Assembly (NCBI RefSeq): GCF_008189285.1
Contig: NZ_CP043315.1
Span: 30,001-62,000 of the forward strand
Source: Candidatus Saccharimonadota bacterium
GTDB taxonomy: Bacteria > Pseudomonadota > Alphaproteobacteria > CAJXXZ01 > 1604HC
Reading direction: 5' to 3'
DNA length: 32,000 bases
Every line of letters starts with the position of its first letter. Position 1 is the stretch's first letter. The notes under the pieces were generated by a model. The model did no database searches, was not told the origin of the DNA, and saw only the letters and a list, made by a program, of their open reading frames with translations. Both the position numbers and the translations under genes were made by a program. Positions 29,571-32,000 of the stretch are shown here, in pieces.

Positions 29571-29968
29571 TCTTTCCCTTTCTTGATTAATCTTTTAGAG
29601 ATTAAATTTTCTATAGCATCTGTGATTGCTTCTTCTGCCAAAACTGAACAATGTGTTTTGATGGCAGGAAGAGATAATTCATCAGCTATATCTTTATTTG
29701 TAATTTTTTTAGCCTCTTCAAGTGTTAATCCCATTACTTTTTCTGTAAGAACAGAGCTTGATGCAATTGCTGATCCACATCCAAAAGTTTTGAATTTTAC
29801 ATCTGCAATTCTATCACTATCATCAACTTTAATATATATTTTCAATACATCTCCGCATCCTGGTGATCCAACAAATCCTACTCCAACATTATCATCTGTT
29901 TCATCCATAGATCCAACATTTTTTGGATTTCTGAATGCTTCATTAATTTTTTCGTTATATCTATTCAT
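29567..29968 (-). CDS. iscU: Fe-S cluster assembly scaffold IscU
   Basis: GSPGCGDVLK, FKTFGCGSAIASSS, LPAIKTHCSVLAEEAI (three ligand Cys plus an LPPVK-like motif). AAGGAG Shine-Dalgarno upstream. Confidence 0.93.
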   Translation of the reverse strand: MNRYNEKINEAFRNPKNVGSMDETDDNVGVGFVGSPGCGDVLKIYIKVDDSDRIADVKFKTFGCGSAIASSSVLTEKVMGLTLEEAKKITNKDIADELSLPAIKTHCSVLAEEAITDAIENLISKRLIKKGKE

Positions 29969-29977
29969 AATTTCTCC

Positions 29978-31252
29978 TTAGTGGTGTGAATGCCACTTAA
30001 CTTTCTTTAAATCAACTCCTGATTTTTTCATTTCCCATAATGGGCTCATTTCGCGTAATTCATTTACAGTTCTAATTGCATCATTTGCAAAATTATCCAT
30101 ATCTTCTTCAGTAGTATATATTCCCATAACTATTCTTAATGAAGTATGTATAAGCCCTTCATCGACTCCTATTGCTTCTAAAACATAAGAAGGTTGCAAA
30201 GTTGTAGATGAGCATGCAGAAGCAGATGACATGGCATAATTTTTTAATTTCATCATGATTGCCTCTCCCTCTATATGTGCAAAACTAAGATTCATGTTAT
30301 GTGGAATTCTTTGCTCTGAATCTCCATTTAAATATATATCTTCCAAAGAGGACATAATCTTATTCAATGTTTTTTCTTGCAAATTTTTCATGCGATTCCA
30401 CTCAGATTCTCGTTCCAATTCTGCAAGTTCAGCAGCTTTTGCCATTCCAACACATAATTGAACAGGGACAGTTCCAGATCTGATTCCTTTTTCTTGTCTT
30501 CCTCCAAACACGATAGGAGAAACTCTAGTTTTTTTCTTAATATATAGAGCTCCTATTCCTTTTGGGCCATAAAATTTATGCGCAGAAAAGCTCATAAGAT
30601 TTACGTAAATTTCTTGAAGATCTATTTTTATTCTTCCCACAGCTTGTGCTGCATCAACGTGGAAAAATACATTTTTAGCTTTACACATTTCTCCTATCGC
30701 CTTTATTGGTTGAATTGTTCCTAATTCAGAATTTACCCAACCTACAGAAATTAGAATGGTGTTTTCTTTTATTGCATCATGTAATTTTTGCAAATCAATG
30801 ATTCCATTTTTCTCGATTTCTATATAAGTTGTTTCTACATTATCTTGTTTATCCAATTCGTGAAATGTTTCAAGAGTTGCTTTGTGTTCGATATTTGTAG
30901 TAATGATATGAACTTTATCCATGCCATTTTCTATCCTACTTTTTACTATTCCTTGAATTGAAATATTATTAGATTCTGTAGCTCCAGAAGTAAAAATTAA
31001 TTCTTTAGATTCGCAATTTATAACTTTTCCAATAATTTTCCTACTACTTTCTACTGAATCCGTTGCCTGCCATCCATATTGATGAGTAATCGAATGTGGA
31101 TTTCCTATGCATTTCAAATAAGAATCATATATTACTTTTGCTACTTCAGGACGACAAGGTGTAGTCGCGCTATAATCTAAGTAGATTTGTTGCTCAGAAG
31201 CATTTTGCTCCTGAGCTAGCCTTTTAGAGCTTTTTTCACTATTTATATTCAC
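29978..31252 (-). CDS. iscS: cysteine desulfurase (IscS/NifS type)
   Basis: YLDYSATTP, PLP-lysine box SFSAHKFYGPKGIGALY, active-site loop SSASACSS, C-terminal ..WHSHH. GTG start preceded by AAGGAG. Confidence 0.93.
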   Translation of the reverse strand: MNINSEKSSKRLAQEQNASEQQIYLDYSATTPCRPEVAKVIYDSYLKCIGNPHSITHQYGWQATDSVESSRKIIGKVINCESKELIFTSGATESNNISIQGIVKSRIENGMDKVHIITTNIEHKATLETFHELDKQDNVETTYIEIEKNGIIDLQKLHDAIKENTILISVGWVNSELGTIQPIKAIGEMCKAKNVFFHVDAAQAVGRIKIDLQEIYVNLMSFSAHKFYGPKGIGALYIKKKTRVSPIVFGGRQEKGIRSGTVPVQLCVGMAKAAELAELERESEWNRMKNLQEKTLNKIMSSLEDIYLNGDSEQRIPHNMNLSFAHIEGEAIMMKLKNYAMSSASACSSTTLQPSYVLEAIGVDEGLIHTSLRIVMGIYTTEEDMDNFANDAIRTVNELREMSPLWEMKKSGVDLKKVKWHSHH

Positions 31253-31450
31253 TATTTCTCCTTAAGTAATATTATAAAATTTAGAGAGAGCGGGCAAGGT
31301 TAATTATATTTTAATCTGTACTTGTATATTTATATAGAAATATTTGAAATTTATTTGTTGTTATTTTAATACAAATTAAAGACTTGATTAAGCTTTCATT
31401 AACTGTTAAAATAAATTGGTGCATTTTTATGTTCATTGTTAAAGGTGTTT

Positions 31451-32000
31451 ATGATTGTTAATAAAAATAAAAAGTATTCCAGTATTATGATACAAAGAAA
31501 ATATGGAGCTTTAGAAGGCAAGTATTCTAAGTGTGAAGCGAGTAATTTGGGAGGCAAATCAGCAGTGCTGATTCTTCATCCTGATTCTGCTTGTGGGGGA
31601 TCCATGAAGAATAAAGTTGTAAAAGTTCTTGGAGATGCATTTGCAACTCTAGATTTTGATGTTTTAAGGATAAATTTTCGAGGGGTTGGAAAATCTCAAG
31701 GAAAATATGATGGTGGAGTAGGAGAATTAGATGATGCATTGGATGCTATAGATTGGCTTAACTCTCAATATTATGATTTGGCAAATATTTGGGTAGCAGG
31801 GTTTGGATTTGGTGGATTAATTGCTATTAAATCTGTAATGAGGCGTCCAAATATCAACGGATTTATTTCTATCAGCCCTCCAAAAGAGAGTCAAGAATTA
31901 AACCCACTTACTCCATGCTCTAATGGATTATTGATTGTAGGAGAAAATGATCATACTGTTGAGCCAGATGTTGTAAAATCTTTGACTGAAATTCTTTCTT
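31451..32000 (+). CDS. alpha/beta-fold hydrolase family protein (COG2945-like), 3'-truncated by the window end
   Basis: Not in the ORF track because it runs off the window. My translation: MIVNKNKKYSSIMIQRKYGALEGKY..AVLILHPDSACGGSMKNKVVKVLGDAFATLDFDVLRINFRGVGKSQGKYDGGVGELDDALDAIDWL..WVAGFGFGGLIA... This matches the LHPHP..GG.M.NKVV / RFNFRGVG.S.G / GE..D pattern of that family. An alternative start is ATG 31487. Confidence 0.7.
   Translation, partial: MIVNKNKKYSSIMIQRKYGALEGKYSKCEASNLGGKSAVLILHPDSACGGSMKNKVVKVLGDAFATLDFDVLRINFRGVGKSQGKYDGGVGELDDALDAIDWLNSQYYDLANIWVAGFGFGGLIAIKSVMRRPNINGFISISPPKESQELNPLTPCSNGLLIVGENDHTVEPDVVKSLTEILS

Overview
This window comes from a very AT-rich, apparently genome-reduced alphaproteobacterium. 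The 16S starts AGAGTTTGATCCTGGCTCAGAACGAACGCTGGCGG, and the gene set and conserved gene orders (holB-metG, rpsT-dnaA, lepB-rnc, iscS-iscU-iscA) fit that class. The genetic code looks standard: TGG encodes Trp and TGA ends ORFs. All calls rest on reading the sequence and ORF track by eye; no searches were run.

Contents:
- About 25 housekeeping CDS: holB, metG, dcd, an HU-like protein, rpsU, glmU, glmS, dnaA, rpsT, ruvX, a UvrD-type helicase, ftsQ, plsC, asd, rnc, lepB, an NMO/FabK-like flavoprotein, rsmD, iscA, iscU, iscS and a partial alpha/beta hydrolase.
- One linked rRNA operon, 16S - tRNA-Ile(GAT) - tRNA-Ala(TGC) - 23S, with long leader/trailer processing stems and no recognisable 5S.
- One tRNA-Ser(TGA).

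Main observations:
1. The 2.1-kb noncoding tract downstream of the 23S contains a colinear, same-strand, decayed and internally deleted second copy of 23S sequence (an rRNA relic).
2. Next to it lies an orphan gene of about 620 aa. It fuses an unrecognised helical N-terminal region and a GC-rich Gly/Ser repeat linker to a C-terminal microbial-type PARG/macrodomain (CGG-X7-QEE and GAWGCGVFGN). This is a candidate host-directed ADP-ribosyl hydrolase.
3. There are several tandem or dispersed repeat arrays. The clearest is a 29-bp unit that re-copies the stop-codon end of dcd 4.4 times.
4. Several convergent intergenic spacers are unusually long.

I saw no transposase, integrase, CRISPR array or prophage genes.
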